Below the pieces are notes generated by a model. That model worked only from the letters and a program-made list of their open reading frames with translations. It made no database searches and had not been told where the DNA came from. A program made the position numbers and the translations under genes. Of a DNA stretch of 64,000 bases, positions 35,701 to 49,329 are shown in pieces. Each line of letters opens with the position of its first letter. Position 1 is the stretch's first letter. The DNA comes from Massalongia carnosa (taxonomy: Eukaryota), in NCBI GenBank assembly GCA_965645245.1, contig OZ287077.1, positions 1 through 64,000 of the forward strand. The letters run 5' to 3'.

Positions 35701-38700
35701 ACTTCATCGATGCCATCAGAGAACATCTCGGTGAGCATGAGAAGATGGAGACGTTTGAACTAGTCGAAAGCAAGCATACCATAAGACATCAAGTGCTGGA
35801 CTGCATGTGGGTTTTCACCTACAAGACAGACAGTGATGGCTATTTGGTAAAATGCAAAGCTAGATTAGTAGTATGTGGGAATCAACAAGAGGTTGGGGAA
35901 CTACCAACACGAGCGACCACTTTGGCCAGCTCAGCATTCAGGTCCATGATGGCGTTAGTTGCGAAGTATGATCTAGAAACTAGACAACTCGATGCAGTAA
36001 ATGCATTTGTCAACTGGCCGCTGGACGAGGTGGTATACATACGTATTCCACCATATTATCCATTCACAGGTAGGCATTCGCATTCGCCGTCGAGCGGGCG
36101 GGCACTGAAAAGAGGACGACTCTATCAGAAGACCAAACAGCGGCGACCCCTGGTGAAATGATGACTTCTGTAAAAGGAAGGCCTTCACACCCAAGAGTAA
36201 ACGCGGCCAGTCTAGGTGAGAAACCATTCTGGAGAACTAGTCGACAAGGACTGATCACCCTTGAATCGGTATAGTCCCGGACAGTAAAGCTCAAAGGTGG
36301 AAGAGGTTAAATCAGAGATGTGGTCTAAAACAAAAATATGTGTTAAGACTGAGAAAAGCACTCTACGGCCTGAGACGGTCACCATATCTATGGCAGAAGC
36401 ATCTGTCAAAAACATTTCAATCCATGGAATTTAGGGCCATACCTCAAGTATCATGTATAATGATGAGAGGCGGAATCCTAGCATTCTATTATGTGGATGA
36501 CACGGTATTTTGTTACCACAAATCGATCGAGGGTCAGGCCTTGAAAGCCATCGAGCATTTATGTTCAATATACACCATGAAATCACTAGGGGAAATCGAA
36601 TGGTTCTTAGGAATCAGAGTCATAAGAGATAGGTCTAAACGACTTCTATGGCTATCCCAAGAGGCCTATATTGATAAGATGGCTAATAAATTCGATGTTC
36701 AACTAGATAAGAAACTACCAGATTGATTGATTGATTGATTTTTCTTACGCCGATATGACACCAGCTGAAGCTGGCCCATGCGGGAGATACTACATAGGCT
36801 ATATAAAGGCAGAAAACCCGAACGGGTAAAAAACTGCTCCTGCGTACCAGGTTTGTAGAGGACTCGCTCTTTCCCCGGGTTGATCTCTACGGTTTGGGAA
36901 ACCCGCTATACCCGTTATGCGCCTGAGTAAGTGCAAGAATAAAAGAGAAGAAAAGAAAATAAGTAGAAGAAAAAACCAATTCTCCTCTCATTATTGCTCC
37001 GTCATTTGCGCGGCAATGGTGTACTGTGTTAGTATGCCCGTACGCATAAGCCATGCAGTGATTATTTTGATCGCTTTGGGGTCTGTTATCAGTTTTTGAT
37101 AATCCAGCGAGCCAGCTGCACGCAACATATCGATTCTATTATGCAATCCGCAGAACATTATCACATGTTTCGCCGTTTGAAAGCGGCTTCCGCACAGGCA
37201 GGCCGCGGACTCAATGTCTGGCACCTTGCGTTTGAATAGAAAACTCGCTAACCCGATTTTCTCTGTTCTAATTTGAATTGCGAGGGAGCTTTGCGCCTTA
37301 TTCAGCAGCTTGTGCGTGTTCAACCTGTTTTTGTGCAATGGACCCGACTGTGCTATTGTTGGATCAAGCGTATGTATTGATTGATACGCTATCCATTTGT
37401 CCTTCCATTTTTCTTTAAATCGTTTCGCTATGATTCCGTCTCTTTCTCTTTGAAGTGCGGCATATTCTGCTCGTTTTTCCTCTTGTGCATTCTCCGCTTT
37501 TTCCCATGGTGGTGTGCGTTTGGGCTTTCTCTTTGTTGATACTTCAGCTGTCAGCTTGGCCACCCATCTCTGTCTACGAGCTCCCGGTGTTTCTCCAATA
37601 ATCCGTTGTCGCCCTCTTTTCCCTTTCAATCTCGTTCTGATTTTCTCGCATGCCTGTTCTATGACTTTTGCCTGACCGTTATGTTGTAGCCTCGATCTAC
37701 CTTTGGCCTGCAGATGATCCAAATGTTGCGTCAATGGACAGATGAATGTTTCCGCCTGTAACACCTCGATGGGTGTGGCCCTGTACGCTCCGGCTACTAC
37801 TCGTAAACATTTGTTTTGTACGATCTCGAGTTTGCTTTTCCTCGTGACTTTGACGTGCTTTTGTGTTTCCTCCGGCGTGTGCCATACCAGAGAACCATGG
37901 GTCATTGCCGGGCGTACCACCGCCGTGTACACGTGACGGGCTTGTAGGAGGGTCGCACCCCAAGTGGCTGCGGCGATTCTAGTCAGCGCTCTCGTTTGTC
38001 TCGTCATTTTCTTCTGTATCTCTTTGTAGTGCGCCGACCAATTGAGCCTCGTGTCTATGTACACCCCCAGCACTCGTACAGATTTCGTGACGTTGAGTAG
38101 TTTGCCGTTTACTGTGAAGGAAGCTTCGAGATTGAATTTCTTGGGATTTTTTGCTAGATGTATGAGCTGAAACTACCAGATACTCCTATGATATCAACTC
38201 AATATACAGTCTCAGAAAACAAAGCTTCCCATCAGTCCATTCACTTATATCAACAAAGGATAGGAACAGCCCTATTCGCAGCCATAACCACCAGACCAGA
38301 TATCGCATTCACGGTGTCCAAACTATCCCAATTCTCCATAAATCCTTCCGATGAACATCACCAGGCAGCGATGCGAGTCCTAGAATACCTATACGCCACC
38401 AAAACCCTGGCGATTCAATATGAAGGAAAACAAGAGGAAGGAATACAAGGGTTCCTATGTGCTAGCGACGCGTCCTTCGCGGACAACAAGGATAGGAAAA
38501 GTTCTCAAGGATATATAATGACGCTGTTCGGAGGACCGGTTGCATGGAAAGCAAGCAAACAGGCGACGGTGACCACATCGAGCACTGAGGCCGAATTGCT
38601 GGCCTTGTCGGACACCACCAAAGAAGCAATGTATCTAAGACGACTGTTAAAGGCCATCAAGGTGAGGCTGGAGGGACCGGTGATCATCGACTGCGACAAC

Positions 38701-39069
38701 AAACAGACTATCAACTTGATAACTAGTGAGGATATGAAGCTTCAAACTCGGCTTCGCCATGTGGACATACATAATCACTGGTTGAGACAGGAATATCAGG
38801 CCGGTAGGGTGTCGATAAGATGGTTGGCCACAGCTAAGATGCCGGCGGACGGATTGACGAAGGCCTTATCAAGGCAGAAGCATGAGGGATTCATAAGATT
38901 GATAGGATTGGTGAACATATCGGAAAGATTGGACTCGATACGAAAGATGGAAAGTTTAAAAAATCGTCTAATGCATTCACAATCGGGCGTTCAGGTGGCG
39001 TGTTTCGGAGGACAAAGCATCAAGATGAGGAATATAAGGGATTATACTGGACTGATTCCAGATCTATAA
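32780..39069 (+). pseudogene. Copia-C gag-pol body (gag to 33765; protease; integrase; RT; RNase H), interrupted
   Basis: ORFs 32785-33765, 33775-34287, 34281-36161, 36340-36726 and 38158-39069 carry successive copia domains. Confidence 0.92.
36724..38168 (-). mobile_element. 5'-truncated Tad1-like LINE with (AATC)n tail
   Basis: 13-bp TSD GAAACTACCAGAT (36711-36723, 38169-38181); (TGAT)n at 36724; ORF LGVYIDTRLNW..YRATPIEVLQAE..CLCG..QTAKHVIMFC. Confidence 0.95.
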
Positions 39070-39287
39070 ACGGTGTTTCTAGATCTGAGGGGGTGTGTCA
39101 AATTAGAGGATAACTAATCCTAAACATCAGTGGTAACTCAGGATGATATATCCGAAGGGTTATTCCGGCCCGACTAGACACGTGGCCTCCCCCCTTAGCT
39201 AGATTCCCACTTTTCCACATCCTCCACAATACAATCAACATCTACCCAATTCCCTGATTATGCCTTTTGACCCTTATATATTTGACA

Positions 39288-41879
39288 GATACCATCAAGG
39301 CGCAAAATCATACGATCAAGGGACGTCCTTTTCGATGAGGACGAGGTCCATAGCCTTGTTGACCCACCAGACCTATTGCATTTCCTCTCTACCACCGGAG
39401 ATAATGCACCCTACATCATTACTGATCGCATGCGAAATGCACTAGCTGAGTTAGATGCTGAGGACGAAAAAAATCGTAGAACCTTTGACGAATTATTTGC
39501 AAATTCACCTGCTATCGCGGAAAATCCTTTTATAACGGAAAAGCCTGGTATAGGACTTGATGGGCCATCTAGAAAAAAGGCCTCATGACACAGCACCAAA
39601 CATCCTTCCTACACCTACACCGTCCCTTAGTCCCTCACCAAGCACACTGGGGGGTGATAGTGATGATGCTACAGGTCTCCCACCGATAATGAGGCGTGCG
39701 CGTGCTATGAGGCCATTGACGTCAAGGAACATAGCACCACAGGCTCAAACGATTTCAGCAGACCTAGACGACGACCACATCTTACCTGAAGGGTCAAAAC
39801 GGCAAAGAACCACGCGTCATAATGTGTACGCAACACAGTTGGAGGAAGTTGGTCAAGGATCAACAGACCCTTTTCACGCCTCGTTTGCAGCCCTGACCAT
39901 AGGTTCGGCCTATCGTCCAGCTTTAGCATTTACGACCAGGATAGCCTCATCCTCGGAGCGACCTCATACGCGTCCACATCGAGACAATATGCCAGCCGCG
40001 CCGAAAGGGTTCAAGGAACTAGCTAGGCACCCATACCGCGAGGCGTTCAAAGAGGCAATGCGGGTGGAGATAAAGGAATTACAATGCAAAGGCACGTGGG
40101 AAGAGGTGGCTAAGGATGAGGCCATACACAAGCAATCAGTTCCTACCATGTGGGTCTACAAGTATAAATTTGATGAGGACGGCTGGCTTGTTAAACATAA
40201 GGCGCGTTTAGTGGCTAGAGGGGACCTTCAACCTACGAATTTCGATACGTATGCAGCCACATTAGCTGCACGCCTATTTCGATTCCAGATGGCCCTCGTC
40301 GCATCATTTGACCTAAATACGAGGCAGTACGATGCAGTGAATGCATTTGCTAATTCACTAATCAACGAAACTACATACTGTAGGCTTCCACCAGGATGGA
40401 CTGGCAATTCGAACGTTATATTACGTCTTCTCCGGGCCCTCTACGGGCTAAAACAGTCACCAGCACTATGGCACAACGATTTATCAAGCACTCTAATAGA
40501 GCTAGGGCTAGAACCTCTCCCTGGGGTCGAATGCATTTACACCAACAGCTATATGATAGTGTTTTTCTTCGTAGATGACATATGCGTCATCTATGATAAA
40601 CGCTACTCAGCATACGTTGATGCTTTCGAAGCAAAACTCTTTAATAAATATAAAATGAAGGCCTTAGGTGAAATTGAGTGGTTCTTGGGCATACGGGTCA
40701 CTAGGGATATGGCCTCAAGGAAACTGTGGCTATGCCAGAACACTTATATCGACAAAATAGGTGCAAAGTTCAACATTACCGGGGTCAATGCAAAGGCCTC
40801 GCCGCTACCTGTTGAAGATATTCCCAAATTCAACGGCATCGCCACTGCACAAGACATATTTCAATATCAAACGAAATTAGGGCACGTCAATTTCCCTGCG
40901 GTTATTACAAGGCCTGATATAGCAAATTCGGCCTCCAAATTATCAGAACATTTAAACAACCCCTCACCCAGACACATCGAGTTGGTGAATAGGGTGATAG
41001 GTTACCTCGTTTCAACAAGGACCTTATCAATCATGTTCGACGGTCGCATAATCATACCAAGAGAAGTCATACCAAAAGAAGTCCTGATAGTGAGCAGCGA
41101 CTCCAGTTTTGCAGACGACCTGCAGACTAGGTACAGCTCGCAGGGCTACGCAATGAAGCTACTCGGAGGCCTAATAGACTGGAAGGCCAACAAACAGAAG
41201 ACGGTTACGCTATCGTCAACTGAGGCTGAATTGCTGGCTATTTCTCAGACCGCGAAAGAGACCATATGGTGGTCCCGTCTTTTTGAGTTGATTGAATTTG
41301 ACCTAGGAAATGATCTCACCATTCAATGTGATAACCGTCAAACTATCAGAGCCCTAATATCAGAAAACCCCCGATTCTCGACTAAGCTAAGGCATGTGGA
41401 TATTCATTCACATTGGCTACGGCAAGAAGTGATCAATAAGACGATCTCTATCAACTAGGTGCCATCAGCTCAGATTTTGGCCGATGGGTTCACTAAGGCC
41501 CTACCAATACAGCGGCACAAAGAATTTATCAACCTACTAGTACTAGTCAAGGCAGAAGGGCCTAAACAGCCGTCTCAGGAAGGACCTAAAAAGGAAGGGC
41601 CTTGATAGCATCAAAATTCACGATAGCATCAGAACTCAGCAAATAGCATCAGAAATCAACTTCTACACTGATCGCATAGAAGCTGAAGGGGTGTGTGAAC
41701 CTAAGTGATGATCTTAGGTGGTGGCTCAGGGGCCTAAGGGATAGCATGGCCTTATTAGGCCTAGTGTGGGCTAGCTCGCCGCACATAATGTAATATTAGC
41801 TACTGAGATAGAGCTTTCCTTCTAGACATTCATATTATCAAGAGTTCACCTCTATTCACGAACCTCACTTGGTTCAACA
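39288..41879 (+). mobile_element. 3' half of Ty1/copia Copia-D (RT, RNase H, PPT, 3' LTR 41694-41879)
   Basis: KHKARLVARGD, QYDAVNAF, FFVDD, SSDSSFADD, RHVDIHSHW; LTR TGTGAACC...GGTTCAACA. Confidence 0.9.
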
Positions 41880-43159
41880 AGGTCGGTGTTAGTGATTCCA
41901 ACCAAAACGGATAAAGGCAAGTTCAATTTATTAGTATTGAACGTTGCATCCGTTTCTAATAAAAACCCACCCACGAAAAATCGAGCCAGCCTAATTTGCT
42001 CTGCATTGCAAAAAAAAATTGTTCTATCATCCGTCTCTCACGCACATTATTCTTAACAATATATTTTTCCTTACACCGTACATGAAAGCCCCTGTCTTTC
42101 AACGAGCCCAAGGCAAAAAGAAGCTCTTCTTCAGGCGTGTGAGCTCCCTCCGAATGAGAGAGATTATAATAATCGCTCCTCGAGAGACGGAGTCCTTGGA
42201 TTTCTAATATTCTCGCTGCTTGGCCATATTGGGTTGACGATGCACAGAGACTCTTCCCTTAATCTAGGGCATCTGTTCGATCAGGGTCCCTACTATGATG
42301 TTCTCTGAATGCAAAGGGATCAGTGGCCATCTCATGATAGTGCTCGGAGTTAGTGGCTATTAGTCTCAATGCATTGTATTTTTTTTTTGAGACGGAGGCG
42401 ATAAGGGCACTCATTGAACGAAACTTTGGTATTGGCTCGCACCCGGTCTTCCTCCTTTACTTTTCTAGTGTTTCTAACTCTTTTGTGGTGGCGTGTGCAG
42501 TCTAATACGATTAAATAGTTTTTCTTATCGTGAGTTTCTGTGACCAACGCGAAGCCTTGGGTGAAGGCATAGTCTTGAAGACGAGTCTTTGCCTCCTCCT
42601 AAGACGAAAATAACTCATTCTCTTGCGGAGGGAGGAGGTGAGGTGGGGGTAGAAGGGCAATGTTGAATTGCACTGCCCTCGTTCTGGAAGTTTCTATGCT
42701 TAGTCAGCTGAGTGTATATTAGCCGCTCTTCTCCCTCTATAGAACAATCAACCGTCTCAAGCTTCAACAGGCAATGGCATGTTGCTTCCGTGCACCCAAA
42801 GAAGTGGGATCGAACTCCATCGCGATGAGGAGCAGTATAATATATAATATATAATATGAGGTATAACATAAGTGGAAGGGGAGATTTAGGGAGGGCCAAG
42901 GGTTAGGACAAGGGCAAGGGCAAATGGTAAGTGAGGGTGAGGGTATGCTTTATCAGGCCGAGTAGGGTAATAATTATTAGTAGCAATAACACGTCATACG
43001 ATTTAAACCGAAAAGAGTTTAATGTGCTGTTAGCAGTTGCATTACTAGCTTGTACGCACCCTGGATAAGCAGTGAAATGGCTGTTTACTAGTAAAGATTT
43101 ACACAGGGGGGGGGGGGGGGGGGGCGGACGGTCGGGGGGGGACTGTCCCTAAGCACCTC
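41880..43159 (-). mobile_element. Mutator-like (MULE) remnant: FAR1-like N-terminus and start of DDE domain, cut by Copia-D; probable terminus GAGGTG.. at 43159
   Basis: Minus-strand RLQDYAFTQGFALV..LDCTRH..CPYRL and LLETDATFNTNKLNLPLSVLVGITNT (~41884-41965). Confidence 0.7.
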
Positions 43160-43165
43160 GGGTTA

Positions 43166-44501
43166 TAGTACTAGGTCAAAAGTTTCCGGCAGCCCCACCA
43201 TCAACTTTTTACCCCCCCACTGCTTTGAATTATCAACCATCACGTTGTTATTTTGATGTCTTGAAACTTCCTACGATGATTACATACATTATAGCAAGCA
43301 CATTGGGCTGAGAAATATATTTTTAATATTTCGTATACCATCCTTTTGACTGGATGCAAGCTTCAATCCTTCTTTTCATGCTGTCTACTAAACTCTTCAG
43401 CATTTCCTCATTTATCAAGGCCCATGCTTCTTCCAAAGCTTTCCAAAGTACCTCGCGGACCCTATCATCACTACCAGTCACCGAGTCGATGTCCGGATTG
43501 ACCTGATAGACGAGCTTTTTGAGCACGTACCAAACGGACTCGATGGGATTCAAATCAGGAGAATAAGGGGGCCAATCGATGACTGTTATACCGTTTTCAT
43601 CGAACCATTTCTTCACCTTTTTGGCAGTGTAAATGGGGGCATTATCCTGCATGAAAATGAGGCCTGGTTCCCAAATTCCAAGCAGATTATCGTTCAATAA
43701 TTCCAAATATGAATTCGCGGAGTACCCCATCTTCTTTGCCTCGAAATCACGGGCCAATTTTTAGATATCCGTCCTTCCCCCCCCCTAAAAAGCCCCCATA
43801 CCATGACCTTGACCTCTTTACCTTTGCCGTACTGTTGTATCATAGGTTTTTTCCATTTTTCGTCCGGAAATCTGAACACCCATTGACGCTGTTAGCCCGA
43901 CCCCTTTTCCACCGAGCACTCGTCTAACCATATTATTTTTGACCACTGCTCAAAAGTCCACTCACGCCGAAGCAAGCACTAGTCCAGTCTCTTCTTTGCC
44001 ACCTCGGGCGTCAATAGAGGCCGCTTTTTAGCCAGCCAGTTTGTTAGACCATAGTCTTTGAGCGTCCGATAGAGAGTGGATCGACTACATTGCACCCCAA
44101 CCTCCGTACGCAGCTGCGCGTAGGTGATGCGTGGATTGATTCGTGCAAGTTTGATGATACGTCTTCGGTCGCGGTCCGAGAATATTCCAGGCCGACCCGA
44201 TCGCGATTTGGACTTTTCGTTGTTGCGTTCTGAGTGCTTTTGAAGAGTGTAAATGACGGTGGTTCGAGGCACATTTAATGTCTTTGCAATTTCGGCCGAT
44301 GCATGCCCCAAAGCCTGGGCTCCAATAATCATACCTCTTTGACATTGATTCAATTCGATATTACGAAGCTTATTACCAGAAATTGAAGTCAACGGAGTGC
44401 GTGGCATGGTGAAATGATGAGGTCAAAGTTGATGGGTTGGTAGGTTAAAACGCGGAATCACGAAAATCGCGGGTAGTGTCGGAAACTTTGACACGGGACT
44501 G
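43166..44501 (-). mobile_element. Tc1-family (DD34E) transposon, transposase 43323-44407 frameshifted
   Basis: Imperfect TIRs (C/T)AGT..GTCAAA(A)GTTTCCG flanked by TA; RSGRP, IIWLDECSVE, FMQDNAPIY, WPPYSPDLNPIE (34 residues between D and E). Confidence 0.9.
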
Positions 44502-44601
44502 TAGAAGCAAGGGACAGTTAAGAAGATGGCAAAGGGGATGAAGGTTAAAACGGAAAATATAGCGCAATTAATCAATTGGGTTGTGTTCTTCCTTGGCACT
44601 A

Positions 44602-45987
44602 TCCCTGCCGCGTAGCTGGCACTCAGTCCACAGGACTGAGTGCCGAACACCCATATAACCGAAATTTCACTATTTCACCTACAGGCCCAAAAACATCAGG
44701 TTATCAACGATTTGATAAACCATAGGAGCCATTCACTATATAATATGGACTCTTCCGTTTCAACTCCCTAAATATCGGCCCCCATCGCTTTCGTTGTTGA
44801 CGATCAGCCTTATTCTGACGATGCGACTCCAATTGCTCCTCTTCCTCCTTTCGCTCGAAAGTCATTCTTCTGCATTGCTCCACCTGAATAACTCCTCCTT
44901 TTTGAACGTAATGCTTGCTCTGATTGGCCCTCACCTTTCGAGCGTTTTCGGCTGCTTTAGTCAGTGCTAATTGATCCGATAACAGCTCGCTTTCTCGAGC
45001 ACATGCTAATGCGCCTTTGACGAATTCGGATATTGAGCCTCAATTTTATACGAAGCTTGAAGCAAAGCACTCAAATTCTTCGGAGTTTGCGGGTCTAAAA
45101 GATCATTATCCGAATGATCAGGTGTTTGAGCATAAATATCAGCCAAAGGATCGGCCTCCATGTACGAGGCCCCTGATCCCAATTTATCGAAGACAACGGA
45201 CGGATCGAAAGGAATGATGCCCACGGCCTTCCATGCTGATTTTATAGTCGAAATTTTGAATGCTTTATTTCGAAACGAGTTGAAAGCATTCAAAAATTCC
45301 ACCTTGTTAAACGTCTCGTCCCCATGGGCCATTGCATCCTTAACCGCCTCAGCATGCCAATGTTTCAGGGGCTGAAAAACTACGACGTCCAATGGTTGCA
45401 ACAGATGAGTCGTATGAGGTGGCAGGCCGAAGGGGATCATTTTAGCCTCATTGCAGTACTCAATAAATTCAATAGTATGATGCGACCCATAACCATCCAT
45501 CATTAGTAGTCGAGACGCCCCTTTTTGAATCTTTGAGGAGTGCTTATCGAAATGCTTCAGCCATTCTATAGATAACCAGTCATTTGAATAACCAGTCTTG
45601 GCTGTCGAAAGCATGACTCCATCATTCAAATCATTTTTCGGCCCATGAGCCTTGAATCATCAATTTACTGAGTATGAGAAATGAAGTAATGCTGCTCCCA
45701 GCGCCATTTATACATTCGATGGCTGTCAAACTTTCACGATTGTCTGGATCTTTAGAAAATACCTTTTTCTGCTTGTCATCTGCTAAAGTAATACCCAATC
45801 TGATCGTGGATTTTTTCGTAGATGATCAGTAGCTAGTTGAATTCGAGCCTCAATTTCCTGATAAGTGGAAGACATGATGATGTTGATGATAATTTATCAA
45901 GGTTGTTGGTCAAAATATTTAAATTTTCGGTTATATGGGTGTTCGGCACTCAGTCCAGTGGACTGAGTGCCAGCTACGCGGCACGGA
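44602..45987 (-). mobile_element. Internally deleted pogo/Fot1-like element
   Basis: ~65-bp TIRs TCC(C/G)TGCCGCGTAGCTGGCACTCAGTCC.., TA flanks; LMMDGYGSH, HLLQPLDV; HTH and first catalytic D missing (join ~45800). Confidence 0.9.
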
Positions 45988-47958
45988 TAATTGAAAGTGA
46001 AATTCATACGTTGCTTAAGTGATAGTGCCGGGAGAGGGGCCACGCCATACTAAATTGGGTGTGGCTATCATGGAGGGGCTGTCAGCTCAGCCCTGCAGGG
46101 GACCATCGCGAGGTGCTCTCTGTTCAGCGCTTCACTGCTGAACCGACCCTCGCCGGCCCTCTATCCATCCACCGCTCAAAGACGCTTGGTGACAGCCGCG
46201 CTCGATGATGAGCCCTTAAACTGGATGGCCACGAAGAAGGGCACCGTTTTCCGCGTCACCGGTCTCGCAGCCTCGCAGTCTGACGACGAACTGAACATAA
46301 CGCTGAAGGCTGCCATCGACAGGAAAGGGTTGCGCTGGTGGAGTTCCACGGCGGGGTGCCTAGATTCCTGTCCGAGCTGACAACCAACCCGCTGGGAGAC
46401 TGGCAGGTTGATGGCGGACACGGACATTAGCTTTGACTGCCACTTCTTCGGATTCACTCAACTGTACGCGCCAAAGTCAGATGCGCCGGTTGCCGCAGAG
46501 TACGTAGCACTTCTCTGAATGTGTAGCCTGTGTCCGTTATTCCTGACTGCTTTCTTACTGCTCACTGCTAATTTACCACGTCTCAGTATAATTGCAATCA
46601 CCGGCCTTGACGGACACGCATACGGGTCATGGAGGGGAAAGGGAAACCTCGGGCGAATGTGGCTGCACCACTTCCTGTCCAAGGACCTGCCATGCTGCCG
46701 CACGATGATCTATGGCTACAACTCCAGGCTGTCAAGCCATGGGATCGACACAACTATAGACTACGGCCGGGAGCTGGAAGAAGAGCTCAAGAAGGTCCGG
46801 AACACAGAAGAGGTAAGCAGCTGTTACAATGTGCCCTCGCGAGCGGAAGCATGAAGCTGATGGCTGCGATGCGCTAGCTGAGACAGCGGCCGCTCTTCTT
46901 TATCGCGCACAGCTTTGGTGGTATTATAATTGCTCACGTAGGTCGTCCGCTGTGACAGCTATATGCCTAAGGCTAAGCAGCAGCATAGTGCCTTGTCAAG
47001 GCGGTTCAGGCTAACGAAGATGATCATCCAACGATAGCAACCCTCTACAGAGCTACGTACGGCACGCTTCTGTTTGGGATTCCACACAAGGGGCTCGTGA
47101 TAGATGATATCCAGAAGATGCTGGCTGGGCAGGACAATCACCCGCGAAGTGCACTACTTCAGCAGATCCGATCTAAGTCTGACTCGCTAGCGTTTCAGCT
47201 AGCAGATTTCAAGAATCTCATCCGAGACCGGAAGGTGGTAAGCTTCTACGAGACGGGACAGACTAGGCAGCTTGAGTTTGTATGATCCTCTAGGATAAGA
47301 TTATAGGAGACCACTGATATTTTGGCAACAGGACCACGAAAGCAAATGCTGGAGAAGGACTGGCGACTTCATCACGACAGTAGATATCGACTCGGCCCTT
47401 CTTCAGCTGCCAGATTCTTTGGAGGAAAAGATCCCTAAAGACTCCGATCACTCGATGATTGTCAAGTTCGATAACAGGAATAATCGAGGGTATACCAGTG
47501 CGCGGGACAAGCTTAAACAGTTTGAGCAGAATGCACCGAGTGTGGTTGCGGCTCGTTTTTGTACGTAGCCTTCTATTCTATGCTAGATCACATCAAGATT
47601 AGTCCTTGTTTAACCGTCTTTATGCTTGCTTCTGGGTAATAACGGCCGAGTTCTAGTGCGAGCGCAAAACAGACCCAAGCCTTGTTCCACGGTCCCCTTC
47701 CAGAGAGATAGCGCGTTCGTGGGCCGAGAGGGCATTCTTGCAACAATAAGCAAGAAGCTTGAACAAGCAGCCTTGCGTGATCACGGTCGAGTGGCCCTGA
47801 TCGGTCTAGGAGGCGTAGGGTATGCATTTCCATACATTGTGCGGTGCGAGGTAATGCTCATGTTCGAACTAGGAAGTCCCAGATCGCTATCGAGTATGCG
47901 TACAGAGTCAGAGAGTCGGCTCCGCAAACCTGGGTGTTTTGGGTGCATGCGAGCAACG

Positions 47959-48190
47959 TGTCAAACCTGAATGTGGTCGATTCTCATCGCCGATCCTCGA
48001 CCCCCTGTCGCGGCAGATGCCGCTAAGCTACGCCATTTCTTCCACACCTTTACCCCTCAATTTGCCGGGGTTGATATCGTTGCTGCCATGACCCCTTTTC
48101 CCTTCTATATAGGTAGCTAGATGTGGGCATTTCCCACATACAGAAGACAGCCTTTTTCCATCCTTCCTGAATTCATGTGAAAGGTTGACA
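47959..48190 (+). mobile_element. Solo LTR (232 bp) inside the NLR NB-ARC exon
   Basis: TGTCAA...TTGACA; TSD CAACG (47954-47958, 48191-48195). Confidence 0.92.
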
Positions 48191-49329
48191 CAACGCCAAC
48201 AGATTTGAGCAAGCTTATAGAGACATCGCTACCAAGGTCGAACTCCCCAGCCGCGATGACGCAAAGTTTGATATCCTCCAACTACGTATATGAATGGCTC
48301 GGCAATGAGAGAAACGGCCGATGGCTTATGGTAATCGACAATGCCGACGACGATGAGGTTTTCTTTGCCGCCGACGAAGATAGCGTCGGTATTGCGCAGA
48401 AGAGCGCCATCCCCAGCCGCACCAGGCCGCTTGAAAGCTTCATCCCCTAAACGCCGAACGGAACGATTCTCATCACCTCGAGGAACGGAATTGCGGCAAG
48501 TAATCTCGTTGAGCCGCATGGTAGCGTTGTCCAGGTGGACCCAATGGATGAAGAGGACGCTCTAGCGCTGCTCAACACACGGCTACCATTTAGCGAGTCT
48601 AGTAGAGCGGATGCGAAGGCGCTTGTCCGGGCTCTAGAACGCATACCTCTTGCAATTATCCACGCTGCGGCGTACATCAAGACAAGAGCATCCACGACAA
48701 CCATGTCCGATTACCTTGAGCTGTTCCGTGAGAGCGAGGCCAATCAGGTGCATCTCCTAGGCAAGAACGTTCTAAAGGACCTTCGGCGAGACTACAGCAT
48801 ACGGCGTGCGGTTATCGCAACGTGGCAGATCTCGTTCACTCAGATCCAGAAGATGGAGCAGCCAGCTGCAGATTTGCTTGCATTGATGAGCATGTTCGAT
48901 AGGCAGGGAATTCCGATAGCCCTGCTGCGGAACAGCACCAGTCGACTCGACTTTGACGACGCTCTGGCGCCGTTGCTAAGCTTCTCCCTTGTGCGGGCCG
49001 AGATCGGAAAGCAGTCGTTTGAGATGCACCGTCTAGTGCAGCTATCCATGAGAAAGTGGCTCGAGGCGGCCAAGCAGCTAAGCAAATGGACAAAGGAGTC
49101 GATAAGAGTTCTAGCCGCAGCATTCCCCAGCGGAGACTATAAGACGTGGGCGGATTGTCAAGTACTCCTTCCCCACGCAAGAGAAGCTATTGGCCATGGA
49201 ACAGAAGATGAGATGGACGTGACAAATCAGGCACAAGTTGCTTCAAACTTAGGATGGTACTTACTCCTTAGAGGTGAGTACAGAACGGCGGAGGAAGTTG
49301 TTCGAATGTCAGTCGAAGCAAGAGAGAGG

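Larger units (their letters stand above)
25972..39287 (+). mobile_element. Ty1/copia element Copia-C (LTRs 25972-26161 and 39096-39287) hosting Copia-B and a LINE
   Basis: LTR pair with 3 substitutions + one 2-bp indel; PBS GTTATGAGCCC; gag ATG 26246 resumes at 32780; ILDSGASIH, QNGVAER, YYVDD, ASDASFAD, RHVDIHNHW. Confidence 0.93.

Noticed and set aside
43106..43124. G homopolymer as a functional G-quadruplex
   Set aside because: Lies in the probable MULE terminal region; homopolymer length is unreliable
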